From assembly GCA_965644315.1 (NCBI GenBank), contig CBFFRQ010000179.1, forward strand, positions 1 to 64,000: a DNA stretch of 64,000 nt. Reading direction: 5' to 3'. Under the pieces are notes generated by a model. That model was not told the DNA's origin and ran no database searches. It worked only from the letters and a program-made list of their open reading frames with translations. Within the stretch, counting starts at the first letter, position 1. Every line of letters starts with the position of its first letter. The translations under genes were made by a program, and so were the position numbers. Positions 12,612-25,051 of the stretch are shown piece by piece. The stretch comes from Caecitellus pseudoparvulus. Taxonomy: Eukaryota; Protista; Bigyra: Bicosoecida.

Positions 12612-15600
12612 TCACACTTCTGCCTGTTGCGCAGCCCTCTGCGATCTTCCTGCGGCAATCGACCGCGCACTGCGACCAGTGTCGATGCGGGGCTTCACGT
12701 TCGCATACCGCGCAGCTGATCGCGGTCGTCGAGTGGCTGATGCTGAGCCACTGCGCTTGGCGGCCAGTCCACCTTGGCGCCTGCCCTGGTTAGCGACGGT
12801 GCTTGGCCCGAGAGTGGCCGCCAGGCGCTGTCTGGGTGCTGTTTTCGGACGACGAGCCTTGGGTTTGGACGAGGCTGCGCCGACACGCTGCTGCGAAGCG
12901 CTGGGCACAGGCTTGGCCCAGGCTTCATCTGCAAAGTGCAGTGTCTTCCTTGACTGTCCCAGGTCCTCCACAGCGGCAGGGAGGGGGGCGGTCTTGCTGG
13001 CAGCGGCGAACCCCACCGCCGCGCTTCGGGGCGCAGTGCGGGGAGTGGCGACCAGCACCTCAGCCGTGGAGAACACACCGGGTGTGCGTGGAGGGGTGTT
13101 TTCCACGCCTGCCTCCAGCCCTCTGCGGGGCCGGTCTGTGACTGCCACGCACGAAAACCGCCGCGAAGCTGGGCACGCCGAGCCGCGTGTTGCGGCGGCA
13201 GGTGTGGACACACCTTCGAGCAGGGAGGACAAGCGGGCGATTCTCTCGCGGAGCGCCGTGATTTCTGCTTCAGACGTGGTCTTGGAGGCGTTGTGTTGGG
13301 CCTTGGCCTCTGCAAGAGCGGTGGCGGACGCTGCCACCTCCCCCCGCAGGGCGACGACCTGCCCTTCGGTGCGGCTCAGCTCCAGCTGCAAGCCCTCCAC
13401 CCTCTCGGCCAGTAGCTCTTGCATGGCATCTGGAGATGATGGGGAGGCACCCACATTGCGTGAAGACTGCGCTGGCTTGCGTGAGGGTGCCTTGCCGCCC
13501 ACTACCCCCTTCTGCGCACACCCCAGCTCAACCTGTGCCGCCCGCCGTGCAAAGGTCAGGGAGCACACCGTCTCGGTGGTGTCGTCAGGGTGAGGGGACA
13601 CCTGGGCAAGCATGAGTGCCTTGTTGTGTCCCCCCAGCGCGTCCTTCAGCAGGTGGGTCAACTTGGAGTTGCGGAACGGCACGTGGGAAGCCTGGCTCTG
13701 CAGTGCTGACATGACGTCGCCCAGGGCGGACAGTGAGCGGTTGATGGAGGCAGCCTCTCGCTTTGCAGCGCCTTCTGCTCCGCTCTTCTTCAGGCGCTCA
13801 GAACCTGCCAGGTCCACCATGTACAGACGGGAGCGCGTGGGGTTGCCCCGGCCTCGAGGAGTGACGACTGCCTCAACTGCCAGCACGCAGTGCGAGCGCG
13901 AGGACACGTCGTTTGACTGCGTCGCGCAGACAGAGCGGGCTGCAGTGCCAGCTTCAAACACCGCAGCGATGTCTGCTTGACAGCTGACAGGCAGCCACGC
14001 GAGGCCCTTGGCATACACACAGCCATCACCTGCCTGCTTCAGGTCCAAGTTGCCAGAGTCAATGCCATCTGGCGCCAGGGCCTCATCAGCAGCTGCAACG
14101 CCACCTGACCCGCTCATGTCAAAGTGGCAGGGAGGCAGGGCACCAGCTCCCGCGAGCAAATCCCTCACACGCTCGTTGTAGATCTCCAGCATGCTCACGG
14201 CGATGCGCGTGTCTGCGACGTCTGCCCTGTCGGCGGCCAGCGCAAAGAGCTCCTGCAGTGCGCGCACGTTCACCCCTGGCTGTGCTGCAGTGCCCTGCAT
14301 GGTGAAAGTCTTGCCACTGCCGGTCTGGCCGTACGCAAAGACACAGACATTGTACCCGTCCAGCGCGGAGCGCACGAGGGGCGCCACCTCGCCATACACC
14401 TCTTCCTGGGTGGACGTGGGGGAAAAGATCCGGTCAAACGTAAACCGCTTCATGGTAGGGCCCCGTTTGGCCTGGGTCGTCACGACCAGAGCAGACTCGG
14501 ACATGCAGCCGACGGCAGGGGCCACACTGCCCGACTCATCCCGCACTGTGACGCCCATGGGCCTTACTCGCGCAAACACACGAATGTTGCCCTTCAAGTC
14601 CAGAATCGTGTTGAACAGCGTCTTGTTCTCGGCGGCAAGACGGGCGCTGCGCTCGCCCAGCTTGCCCACTTCACCTTGAGCTGCTCGCAGCTCCCGCTGC
14701 GTTGCGAACTCTGCTGCCCGTGCCTCCTCCAACGTTGCCTGCGTTCGAGACAGTGCCGACTTAGCCGTGAGTAGGTCTGCCTGCAGACGTTGCACGACTT
14801 CGTCTTGAGCTTGGTCCGTTTGGCCTGCGCTGGGTGCCGCCGCGGCAGCTTCCTCCTGGGCTTCACTGAGACGTTTGCGCAGCGTTGCAAGTTCCGCGTC
14901 CAGCACCGCCACTTCTTCCCGGTGCACGCTGCGCTCCCGCTCAAAGTCGGCCTCCATGGCCGCCATGTCCGAGTCCTTCTTGTCCAAATTGTCGGTCAGC
15001 AGCACCACTTCGTTCAGGGCTTCACGGCGCACGCGCTGTGCATCGGCCAGCTTACTGGCGTGCTCCGACAGCTTCAACGTCAGCTCGCCCAGGTCTTTCC
15101 TGGCTGCGGCGGCCTCCGCCTCCGCGCTCTCTTGGCTCTTGCGCGCTGAGCACACCGCCGCTTTGGCCGCTTCTGCTTCTTCTGCTGCATCGGCCATCTG
15201 CCTGCGCATGGAGGCCTGCTCCGATTCCTTCCGCGCCTCGGCAGCGCGCAGTGACGCAAGGGAAGCTTTGAGCTGCTTCACCTGGCGCTGGGCTGCGGCA
15301 AGGTCCTCTTCCATCGCCTCCGCCGCATCGTCCTTGGCCCGGGCTGCCGCTTGCCCAGCGGCTTCCTCTGCACGCCGCCTCTCCACCACTGCCTCTGCGC
15401 GCGCAGCCACGAGAGCTGCCTTCAGGTCGCACGCCTCATCCTCCAGCCGAGCCACGTCAGCCTGCAGGTCGCGCATCTCGTCTGCTGCGACACGCTCGCG
15501 TTCCACCTCCTCCATGGCGCTCTGTAGCCGCGCCTCGGCTTTCTGGAGCCGTCGCTGCAGGGTGACATTCTCCACCATCACCTCGGCAAGCTTGTCCTCC

Positions 15601-16405
15601 GCATCAGCCAGCAACCGACTCTCCGCCCGCTGAGTGCCAGTGACACCACCTGTGCTGGAGCCTGCACCTTGATTCGCCCCACAAAGAGGGGGAAGCAGGT
15701 CCTTGGCGGCCCCACTGCCCTGTGTGGCCTTGCGGCAAGCTGCAGCAGTGGCGGCCGTTGTCTCAGCTGTCGCGCACGCTGCCACAGTGTGCTCGCCAGG
15801 CTGTGTGAAGTCCAGCTCCTGCTGCTGCAGCCAACTGTCTGTGATGAGGACTTTCTGCAGCCTGGCCACGAGGTGTTCTTCGGTCTGCTCGAGGTGCACA
15901 GGGGGATCGGCTGCGCGGCCTTGCCAAGCACAAGGCGATTGCTCCCCGCAACACGCACCAGAGCGATGCCATGAAAGACATTTGTCTCAGAAAAAGTCTC
16001 CTCGATGCTGGAGTCACGAACAAGGTACTTGTAGGTGAAAACCTGCCCCATCTTGATCTGCGGGGGGGCGCTTTCGCAGTTGTGTCACACTTGTGTCACT
16101 GCGGAAATTGCTTTCCCGCGCCGCGCACCTTGACACGGGCCTTCCATACAGACCCGGCGGGGTTCGGCTTCATGCGCACTCCAGCTGCTTCATCACCTCT
16201 TCCAAGCTGCAGGAAAGGGTGGAAGGCTTGCCGACTAGTCTTGCGTCGTGCGGGAGCTGTGCCGTACCTCAGGGATAGAGCCAACGACTGAAACGGCATG
16301 GATGGCGGGGTCGCCTCGAAACTTCAGCACCAGCTCCACGTCCAGCTTCTCGGGAGTGGAGCCTGCTTTCTGCAGCACCTGGCTTGACTTGAAAGGAAAC
16401 GCCAT
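12612..16405 (-). CDS. Kinesin-14 with coiled-coil stalk and N-terminal CBM20-like domain; introns 16267-16207, 16128-16058 and probably 15958-15885
   Basis: Neck LKGNIRVFARVRP, P-loop AYGQTGSGKTFTM, NDVSSRSH, DLAGSER, HVPFRNSKLTHLL; upstream exons splice in frame. Confidence 0.9.
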
Positions 16406-16879
16406 GGCTGAGCCGCCTCCTGTGCGCCGGGCAGGCACTCTGCAGTGCTCTTCGCGCTCCCTGGCTCAAGCGCGAGCCAGTGGACAGGCGCCTGGGTGCA
16501 GAACCAAGGAAGACGGCCAAGGCTGCGGGGTTTGGTGGCATGAGCACCTCGGATGTGAAGCTTGAGGAAGAGAAAGTTGAATTTTAGAGCAAAAGTGTTT
16601 TGTTTTTGTGAAACTGTTGTGTGTTACGCGTAAGAGTCAACCAAACAATCTGGATCTAGAGCCAACGTCCGTAGCAGCGGCTTTCGCAGTTGCAATTCCC
16701 GGCTGATTTTCTTGGCATTTGCAGACGAGACGACAGCAAGGACCGATTCTCCCTCTGTTCTGGGACCGGTGCAGAGCAGTGCCGTGCAAGGGAAGTATGT
16801 AAAAGCACCACATCGGGGGCTGCTGCAAGCCGCGAAGGACTTCGGCAGGCTTGAGAAGGGAGACTGTGCAGCGAGGGCC

Positions 16880-18943
16880 TTAGGCTGGACTTGTTGGTCC
16901 ATCGTACTCCCAGGCATGCTGGTCGTCGGAGGAGGCAGTACTGGCCATGCTCGCCTGGGAATGGTCGCGGGGTTGCTGGGTTTGGTTGGCATCTGTTCGC
17001 GCAGGGCGATCACCCGAAGCTTGCTGGGGATCAGGGGAGGCACCCCGCTCAACTCGTTCCTCATGCAATACCTGCTGACATCTTCCTCGCGGTTCGTCAA
17101 TGACAGGGAGGCAGCCAGACTCCAATGGGGAGCTCGTGGCAACGGAGTGACTGCCTGCTCCGCTTGTCGACGGCTCGGTCACGGCCCCCTGAAGCTGCAG
17201 CGGAGCAGGCGGCGTCCAAGTAGGTGTGACATACCACGCGTGTGCCTTCACCTCCTCCATGCTCAGCCGCTCCTCAGCCCGCACCGCCAGACACCCCCCC
17301 AGCAAGTGCGCCAGCGCAGGGGACATGCCCTGTGGCCAGTGCCAGGGCGGCAGGTGTCCGCCCTCGGCCCACAGCGCCGACTGGGGGCCCATGATGTCGT
17401 CGTGCAGGACGTGGGGCTGTGTGGACGCGACGAAGGCGCGGAAGGTGCGTGAGAAGGGGGCTGCCGCCCGGAAGGGCGTGTGGCCGCAGGCCATGACAAA
17501 CAACGTCACGCCGAAGCTCCACACGTCAGCGGCGTACGGGTTGTACCCCTCCTTGCCCAGGGTCACCGGTGCGGCGTCAGTGGGCCAGCACGCCGAGGCT
17601 GTCTCGGGGCTGGTGGCGGCGGTGTACAGGCAGACGATTTCGGGGCAGGAGAAGGGGGTGCTGCCTTGGGGACTCATGCCCCGTGCCGTGCCGGGGGGCG
17701 CATCCTCCGCCGCCACGAAGGCGGACCCGAAGTCGCACAGCTTCACCATGTACTGGCGCAGGGCGTGGGAGGTGTCGGTGGGGAGGGTGCCGTGGGGCAG
17801 CACTTGGCTGGCCAGGGCTCGCAGGGCGGCGAGGTGGGCGTGCCGGTGCGCTGTGGCCTGAGGGAGTGTGGCGTGGGGCTTGGCGGCGTGTGTGTGTGTG
17901 AAGAGGAGGATGTTCTCGAGCTTGACTGTGTGTGCGTGGGGAGGGGGGTGTGTGCTTGGGGAGGGGAGTGTGTGCGTGGGGGGAGGGGCGTGTGCGCTCA
18001 CCATCCCTGTGTGCAACGCCTTGTGAGTGTGCGAATGCAAGGGCGTGGGCGATTTGGAGCACCCACTCGCGCATGAAGGCGTGCTCTCCGAAGCTGCGGA
18101 GTGGGGGTGAAGGGAGGGCAGGGCAGTGAGGTGTGCTGGCCGTTCGGCAGGCGTGTGGTGCAGGGCAGCGGCACGTTCAGCGGCAAGCAGCTGCACAAGA
18201 CCAACCTTGAGCCCCTGTTCAGCATGCAGAGCACGTCATGCAAGTCACATAACGCAGGTTGCAGCATCATGATGCCGCCCAGGTCGGGGGGAGTCTCGGT
18301 GCTGAAGTACCTCACAACATGTGGGTGGGCGTTTCGCATCCGCCGAGCCTGCGAGGTTCAAGTGCAAGCCCACGTGTTTCGCCGCACCAGTGCGACACAG
18401 GAAATCCTCATGGTGCATGTTTCGGTGTGGGTTTGCGTCCGCTTATCAGCGGGTGCGCAGAGTGCGGCGCCGGCTTTCCCCGCCGCGATGCGGCGGCTGG
18501 CATGCCAGTCCGCCGCCGCATCGTTCGCGAAGCGCTGGCTGCTGTGCAGGCCGGACACAACTGGGGCAAGCGAGCTCCCAGGCAACAGACATATATATCG
18601 TTCAACGCGTCAGATTGCCCTGTTTCGCGCAAGCTGGGCTGGGCAGGCAGCGTCCCAGCAGCTGCAAACTCACTGCTCGGTTCTCTCGTCTGAAGGAACG
18701 CTTGCTAGTCAGCTCGCACGTCTTGACTACAACTGGCACACCGTGCAGAATGCCCATGGCGACACTACCTTGCCCGCCAGCTATGCTGAGTATGTCGAGC
18801 GCTTGGGGGGGAGAGCCTGCGGAGTGGACAGCTTGCGATGGTGGAGCAGTGGGCCCACGCGGAGGCAGCAGCGTGGCACATGCAAGCAGGGGCTGGCATG
18901 GCAAGACACCGCGCCCCGCAGAGGGTGATGCCAGCATCACCAT
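16880..18943 (-). CDS. Ser/Thr protein kinase, paralog A (multi-exon; 5' end uncertain)
   Basis: GGQGSV loop, VVVK, RENRA (helix C), HRD|VKLEN across an intron, KLCDFG, FSCPE, ADVWSFGV. Confidence 0.85.
17233..18104 (+). repeat. Direct repeat copy 1 (872 bp), near-identical to 20259-21130
   Basis: Offset 3026 bp; only one mismatch noticed (17570 T vs 20596 C); the block includes an intron. Confidence 0.93.
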
Positions 18944-19524
18944 GAGGTGCTGCCTGAACGCGCTGGCCCAGCTCCTGGCGCTGCAGCAACAGCCCTGTCA
19001 GCATGGTGATGGCGTGTGGCGAGGCCAGACACATGCCAGGCTCAGTTTCCCTGCTGGAGGCCGACTTGCAGGCACGCACTGGAGCTTGAAGGCACACAGG
19101 CACCCTTGATGTCTCCATGTTGTGCTTGTGATTGCTCCTCGGAGGCACCTGCAGCCATTACCCACCGCTAGGGCTCGCGTGATGCCTGGTTCGTTGCTCG
19201 TGACGATTCGGCGTGTTGAGACCTGAGCTTCCGGCGAGCTGCACTCTGCCTGAGCTGGTGCAGCATGGAGGGCTGCGCACAGCTTGGTTCCGACAAGCAG
19301 GAAATCCTTTGCACCGCTCTAGCATTTGGATCAGTTTAGGTGTATGGATTTCTCCCTGTGGCCCAGTATGTTCGTTGCCGTTTCTTGGGGTGGTTCGCAG
19401 CGACGACCCACCCTAAGTGGGGTTTGCGGAGACTTCCGAAGGTGAATTAGACAGTAAGCGGACGATGGGGAATTAGGAATAGAGTTAAGGGGACACTTCA
19501 GGGCACAGGCATGCCTGCGATTGA

Positions 19525-21803
19525 TCATGGTGAGCCCGAGGAGGCCTTGGAAGCGAAGGCGATGCCGCCGCCGGCACTTTCGGCCGCGCTGGACACAGTC
19601 CAGCCACGCTGCCTGCCCTGCACAGGAAGTGGAGTGGGGCCTGTGCTGGGCGCCAAGCTGCTGGCTTGAGAGGAACCCCCGGCAGAGGGGGACCCTTGGC
19701 TGCCCGGCATCATGGCTGCGGCGGGTGGCGACGACCATTCGCTGCTGCGCACGCTGCCTGCACCAGGTGTGGCGTCCGCGCTGAGCATGGCAGAGCCATG
19801 CAGTGGCGTCGCGCCCAGAAGGCCCATGGCAGGGGACGGCTCAATGCTGGAAGCGGCCCAGACTGCAGTGGAGCCAGAGGAGGCAGGCGTGGAGTCCACG
19901 TCTTGGGCGACGTTGGAGCGGATGGCGTGCACTCGGCGCCGCGACACGTGGAACTGCGGCGTCTCCATGCCCTCCCCGCTGCCTTGAGCTGGGGGCTGCG
20001 GACTTACTGGACTGCCGCTGCCGTCTCCATGCAACGCGTGGAAAACGCCCCGGACAGGGCGCTCCTTGGCATGGAAGCGGGTGTCCACAGGGGGGCACTG
20101 GAAGCCTTCAAGCAGAAGCTGAGCAGTTGGGGGAAGTGTTGGCGAGGGCGGCCCTTCTGTCTCGTACGTGATGCAGGTGGCTGGTTCGCCCTCCTCAGGA
20201 AAGGGCATGGAGGTTGCGCTGTCACTATCGGCGCCTGGCAGCCACTCAGGGTTGGCGAACCACGCGTGTGCCTTCACCTCCTCCATGCTCAGCCGCTCCT
20301 CAGCCCGCACCGCCAGACACCCCCCCAGCAAGTGCGCCAGCGCAGGGGACATGCCCTGTGGCCAGTGCCAGGGCGGCAGGTGTCCGCCCTCGGCCCACAG
20401 CGCCGACTGGGGGCCCATGATGTCGTCGTGCAGGACGTGGGGCTGTGTGGACGCGACGAAGGCGCGGAAGGTGCGTGAGAAGGGGGCTGCCGCCCGGAAG
20501 GGCGTGTGGCCGCAGGCCATGACAAACAACGTCACGCCGAAGCTCCACACGTCAGCGGCGTACGGGTTGTACCCCTCCTTGCCCAGGGTCACCGGCGCGG
20601 CGTCAGTGGGCCAGCACGCCGAGGCTGTCTCGGGGCTGGTGGCGGCGGTGTACAGGCAGACGATTTCGGGGCAGGAGAAGGGGGTGCTGCCTTGGGGACT
20701 CATGCCCCGTGCCGTGCCGGGGGGCGCATCCTCCGCCGCCACGAAGGCGGACCCGAAGTCGCACAGCTTCACCATGTACTGGCGCAGGGCGTGGGAGGTG
20801 TCGGTGGGGAGGGTGCCGTGGGGCAGCACTTGGCTGGCCAGGGCTCGCAGGGCGGCGAGGTGGGCGTGCCGGTGCGCTGTGGCCTGAGGGAGTGTGGCGT
20901 GGGGCTTGGCGGCGTGTGTGTGTGTGAAGAGGAGGATGTTCTCGAGCTTGACTGTGTGTGCGTGGGGAGGGGGGTGTGTGCTTGGGGAGGGGAGTGTGTG
21001 CGTGGGGGGAGGGGCGTGTGCGCTCACCATCCCTGTGTGCAACGCCTTGTGAGTGTGCGAATGCAAGGGCGTGGGCGATTTGGAGCACCCACTCGCGCAT
21101 GAAGGCGTGCTCTCCGAAGCTGCGGAGTGGTGAGGGCAGGGCAGGGCAGTGAGGTGTGGTGCAATGGTAGGAGTTTCTGGCAACGGCAGGCTTCGTACGT
21201 GTACGTCGGTGTTTCGGCCAGCAAGTCATGCAAGTCAGACAGTGCAGCTTCGAGAATGACCCGGTACCCTTGCTCTCCTTGCCCTCCAGTTGCCATGCAA
21301 GAGATGATGTGGGCGTGTTTATTCCTCATGCGCCGCAACTGTTTGGTTCGGCAGAGAGCATTGAAGTGAGGTGTGAAACTGGCGGCGCGAGAATTCTCCG
21401 GTCCAGGGCATGGGCGACATCCGAACCCGGCACAGACAAGCCGCGCACTCACCGCTCGGTTCTCCCTCAGGAACGGTCTCCTGTGGGACTTTGGGTATGT
21501 TTTCTCTGCTGCCCCCTTGCCTTGCCAGTCGATGAGGCGGATGGAGCCCTGCCCCCCCGCACGAAGCTCGAGGTCATCGTCTGCGCAAAGAGGCCGTAGA
21601 TGCGCCAATCAACGAACGGAACGAGGTGTCAGGCAAGTGAGGCACTGGCCCACCAGCACGTGCCACGGCAGGTGCCTGCGGCGAAGCACGCCATGGGCCG
21701 AAGCCACACGCGCTCCGGCCTCGGTGCACTGCACCACGCCGGGAGCAGCGTTGCACTCACCAGCCTCGTCACTGATCGGGCTATGGTCACAACTGCTCGA
21801 CAT
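19525..21803 (-). CDS. Ser/Thr protein kinase, paralog B (multi-exon; 5' end uncertain)
   Basis: GGQGSI, AAEK, RENRA, HRD|VKLEN, DFG, DVWSFG; long low-complexity tail. Confidence 0.85.
20242..21130 (+). repeat. Direct repeat copy 2
   Basis: 20259-21130 matches copy 1; 20242-20504 matches copy 3. Confidence 0.93.
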
Positions 21804-22327
21804 TGGGGATGTGTGTGATATGCAAGCCCCCTTCAGGCCCTTGATTTCCCGGTGGTGCCTTGTGGGCCTGGCAGGCGTGGCTCGTGCACGAGACACGCCT
21901 CGGTTGTAAACGTGAGACAAAAACACGGCTACGTAGGCCGGCGCTGTCGAATGTCAGAGCAGCCCGCAGCAGAGGTCACAGCACAGGCTAAGCAAGTAAA
22001 CAGACTTGTACACCAGGACGCCGAGGTTTGAGAGGATGACTCTGGATTGTGCGCTGGGGAGGGCAGTGCGAAGTGCCCGTCGGCCTCCCTGCGCCGGGCG
22101 CCGGCAGGCTGACACCAGGCGTGGTGGTGCGCATGGCAATGCGTCCTCGTATGCCAGCTTGCAGGGGGGTGCATCGGGGAGTGGTGGGGTCCAACATACA
22201 TTCAATGTAACACTCGACATATGGGGCCGAGGTGTGGCAGCTCGGGGCCGCCGCTCTTTTCTCACGAAACTGGAGTTCACGCGCCGGATGAGGCGGAGGC
22301 TGGCTTGACAGCGGTTGATGTCGGCGG

Positions 22328-24354
22328 CTACGCCGAGCGGCTTCGGCTGCTCGGGCCGCCCCCCGAGCCAAGCCAGGGCCGGGCGGACTGGATCTGCTTC
22401 GACATGGAACTGAAGGGGCAATCAGCAGAGCCTGCAGAGCTTTGGTCGCTGAGGGACGCTTGAGGCAGCAGCCCGTCGCGGGCTGCGTCGTGGGCGCCGT
22501 CAGTTGCAGGGCCTGGGTGGCAGGCTCTGGGAGACCCCTTCTGCCTCCTGGCGGCCAGTTCAGCTGCAGGAGATACTGATCGGCCCTGCCCAGGCTTTTG
22601 AACTTCATCCTCACGCGCATCGTCGAGGAACAGCTCTTCGCCCGATGACCCAGTATCGGCATGCGGCCTGTAGCTGGACGACGGGCTGTGTGCCGGCTCA
22701 CGCTGGGGCCAACCCGCTGCCGACGCAGCTGCCGGGGAAGCAGACGGGGGTGTATCTGGTGGACTCCACTCAGGGTTGGCGAACCACGCGTGTGCCTTCA
22801 CCTCCTCCATGCTCAGCCGCTCCTCAGCCCGCACCGCCAGACACCCCCCCAGCAAGTGCGCCAGCGCAGGGGACATGCCCTGTGGCCAGTGCCAGGGCGG
22901 CAGGTGTCCGCCCTCGGCCCACAGCGCCGACTGGGGGCCCATGATGTCGTCGTGCAGGACGTGGGGCTGTGTGGACGCGACGAAGGCGCGGAAGGTGCGT
23001 GAGAAGGGGGCTGCCGCCCGGAAGGGCGCACTCCCGCAGGCCATCACAAAGAGGGAGATGCCGAAGCTCCACACGTCAGCCTTGGTGGCGTGGTACCCCT
23101 CTGCACAGGAAGTCACAAGGCTTGCCTGTTGCTTGTCTGAGTAGGGAATGCGCCCTGGCCCGAGCCTGCCGGCCAGGATGGAAGGCAGCAGCACCTCCGG
23201 AGCGCAGTACGTACAGCTGCCCCGTGTGGAGTAGCCGGTGGGGGAGTCTGCGCCGACGCTGCTGCTCGGCACGACAACAGCCGACCCGAAGTCTGTCAGC
23301 TTCATCATGTACTGCCGTAGGGCTGCGTTTTTCGCAGCTCCAGGGGGCATTTGCACGGCTTGCGTCAGAGCCAGTCGATGCGACTGGCAACTCTCCGCGT
23401 CGGTGCAGGCTGGGGTGGGGGAGTGCACTGAGCTCTGCAGTGGGTACAAGAGCATGTTTTCGGGCTTCACTGTGACAGCAGGGTGGCGCCAGCGTGTGGA
23501 AGATGCTGACGTTGCTTGACACGCGTTACACGTGTGGCCGTGCGTGGCCTGGTTGCACTCACCATCCCGATGGGCCATGCCGATGCTGTGGCAGTAGTGC
23601 AGCGCATGTGCAATTTGCAGCATCCACTCCCGAAAGTGGTCTTCCTCATTGTACCTGGCACGCATGCGCGGGGACTGGCTTTGGCGCGCCTGCCGGGCAA
23701 GCCTGACGTGGCGCAGCACACACGCACCTATTGTTCGTGGCAGCCCGCAACAAGTCGTGCGCATCGCACACTGCCAGCTCCTGGTACAGCACCGTGTTCC
23801 CTTCTTCATCCTTTCCAGCAGCCAGGACACGCGGCACGTGCGCGTGGCGGCCGTGAATGCGGGCAGCCTGTGGCGTGCGAGGGCGAAGCGCGCGAGTGGA
23901 GTGCCGAGGTCCTTTCCTGGTGCCTTGCCGGCCGGGGCAAAGGCATGCGGCATCCAAGGCTGCGTGGCACAGCAATGCACTGCAGGCTACGCACCGCTGC
24001 CAGCTCGGCCTGCCCGGCCTTGCCGTGGGCGGCAGGGACGACTTTCTCAGCGGCCGCGATGCCGTTGTACATGACGCAGCGAACTCGGCCCTGCCCTCCC
24101 ACGCGGTAGTTGCCTGCAAAAGATACAGCACAGAAGGTTTCATAAAAATCATTATTGTATCTGGCACCTCGTGGCGCTCCGCGCCCCGCGCATTGCCGGT
24201 ATTCGGGCCAACTTTCTTTGACATGCCGAGGCGCGCAGCCACGCGCGTGAAGGCTGCCACGCCTGCCTGGCCCAGCAGCCATCTTGCAGCACGCGTGGAC
24301 GAAGGGCGCCAACTCACCCTCGTGCGAAGAAGAACTTGACGATTCAGTTGCCAT
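22328..24354 (-). CDS. Ser/Thr protein kinase, paralog C (multi-exon)
   Basis: GGQGRV, AAEK, HRD|VKPEN, KLTDFG, GSCTYCAPE, ADVWSFG. Confidence 0.85.
22766..23028 (+). repeat. Direct repeat copy 3 (263 bp), identical to 20242-20504
   Basis: Offset 2524 bp; covers the end of the kinase C-lobe. Confidence 0.92.
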
Positions 24355-25051
24355 GCCGCAAGGTTTCGCTCCAGTGCAGTTGCCGTGTTGTCCTTGCAAG
24401 CGATTTTTCGTGGCCCGTAGAACAAGTGGGGCCTCCAGCCGTCTTCACGTGGCAGTGCCTCAGTCGCCGCAGAGGGAGATAACAGGGAAAGTTGAGTCTC
24501 TGGAGGGCTAATCCTTTGTGGTGTCAATCGCAGGGGTCTCCAAGGATGAGCTGTGAGCTGTTGTGTTTGCCTGTTTTGGCAGGCTCGTACCAAGTGTGCG
24601 GGGAGCGAAACTTGTGCGAAACGGCAGCGGGCACTCCAACACGCCAGCCCTGCCCCCGGAGACCTGCTGAAACAAAGCCTGAACCCCATACCCTTTACTG
24701 ACATTTATTTGGAAGTTTGCAAGTCTCAGCCATGCTTTCTTGGCTCATGCTCGCGCCACAGCGCCAGACAGAGTCGCTCAGCTCGCCAGCTGCCGATCTC
24801 GTTCTCGCCAGCTGGTGAGCGAGCAAAACCAAACGCTGTCTAAAAATAATCATTGAGCCAACATGCACACCCAGCTTCCCATCTTGCCGCCAATATTCCT
24901 CGCTTGGATCTCTTCAAGGCAGCCAGTTTTTCTGCTCCTTCGCGGGGCCCATTGCGGAAATTGGATCGCGGCGCCAGCTGCAGCGCCTTCATCAGCGCTT
25001 GAGCCATTGAGTCGGCTACCGCGACGCGGCAGTATTCAGTATACAACAAGA

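Noticed and set aside
17889-18003. GT/CA-rich stretches as a satellite
   Set aside because: Short imperfect dinucleotide runs typical of the introns and UTRs in this genome
17233-23028. Long direct repeats as LTRs or a transposon
   Set aside because: The repeats are kinase coding sequence plus an intron; no TG..CA ends, target-site duplications, transposase or RT
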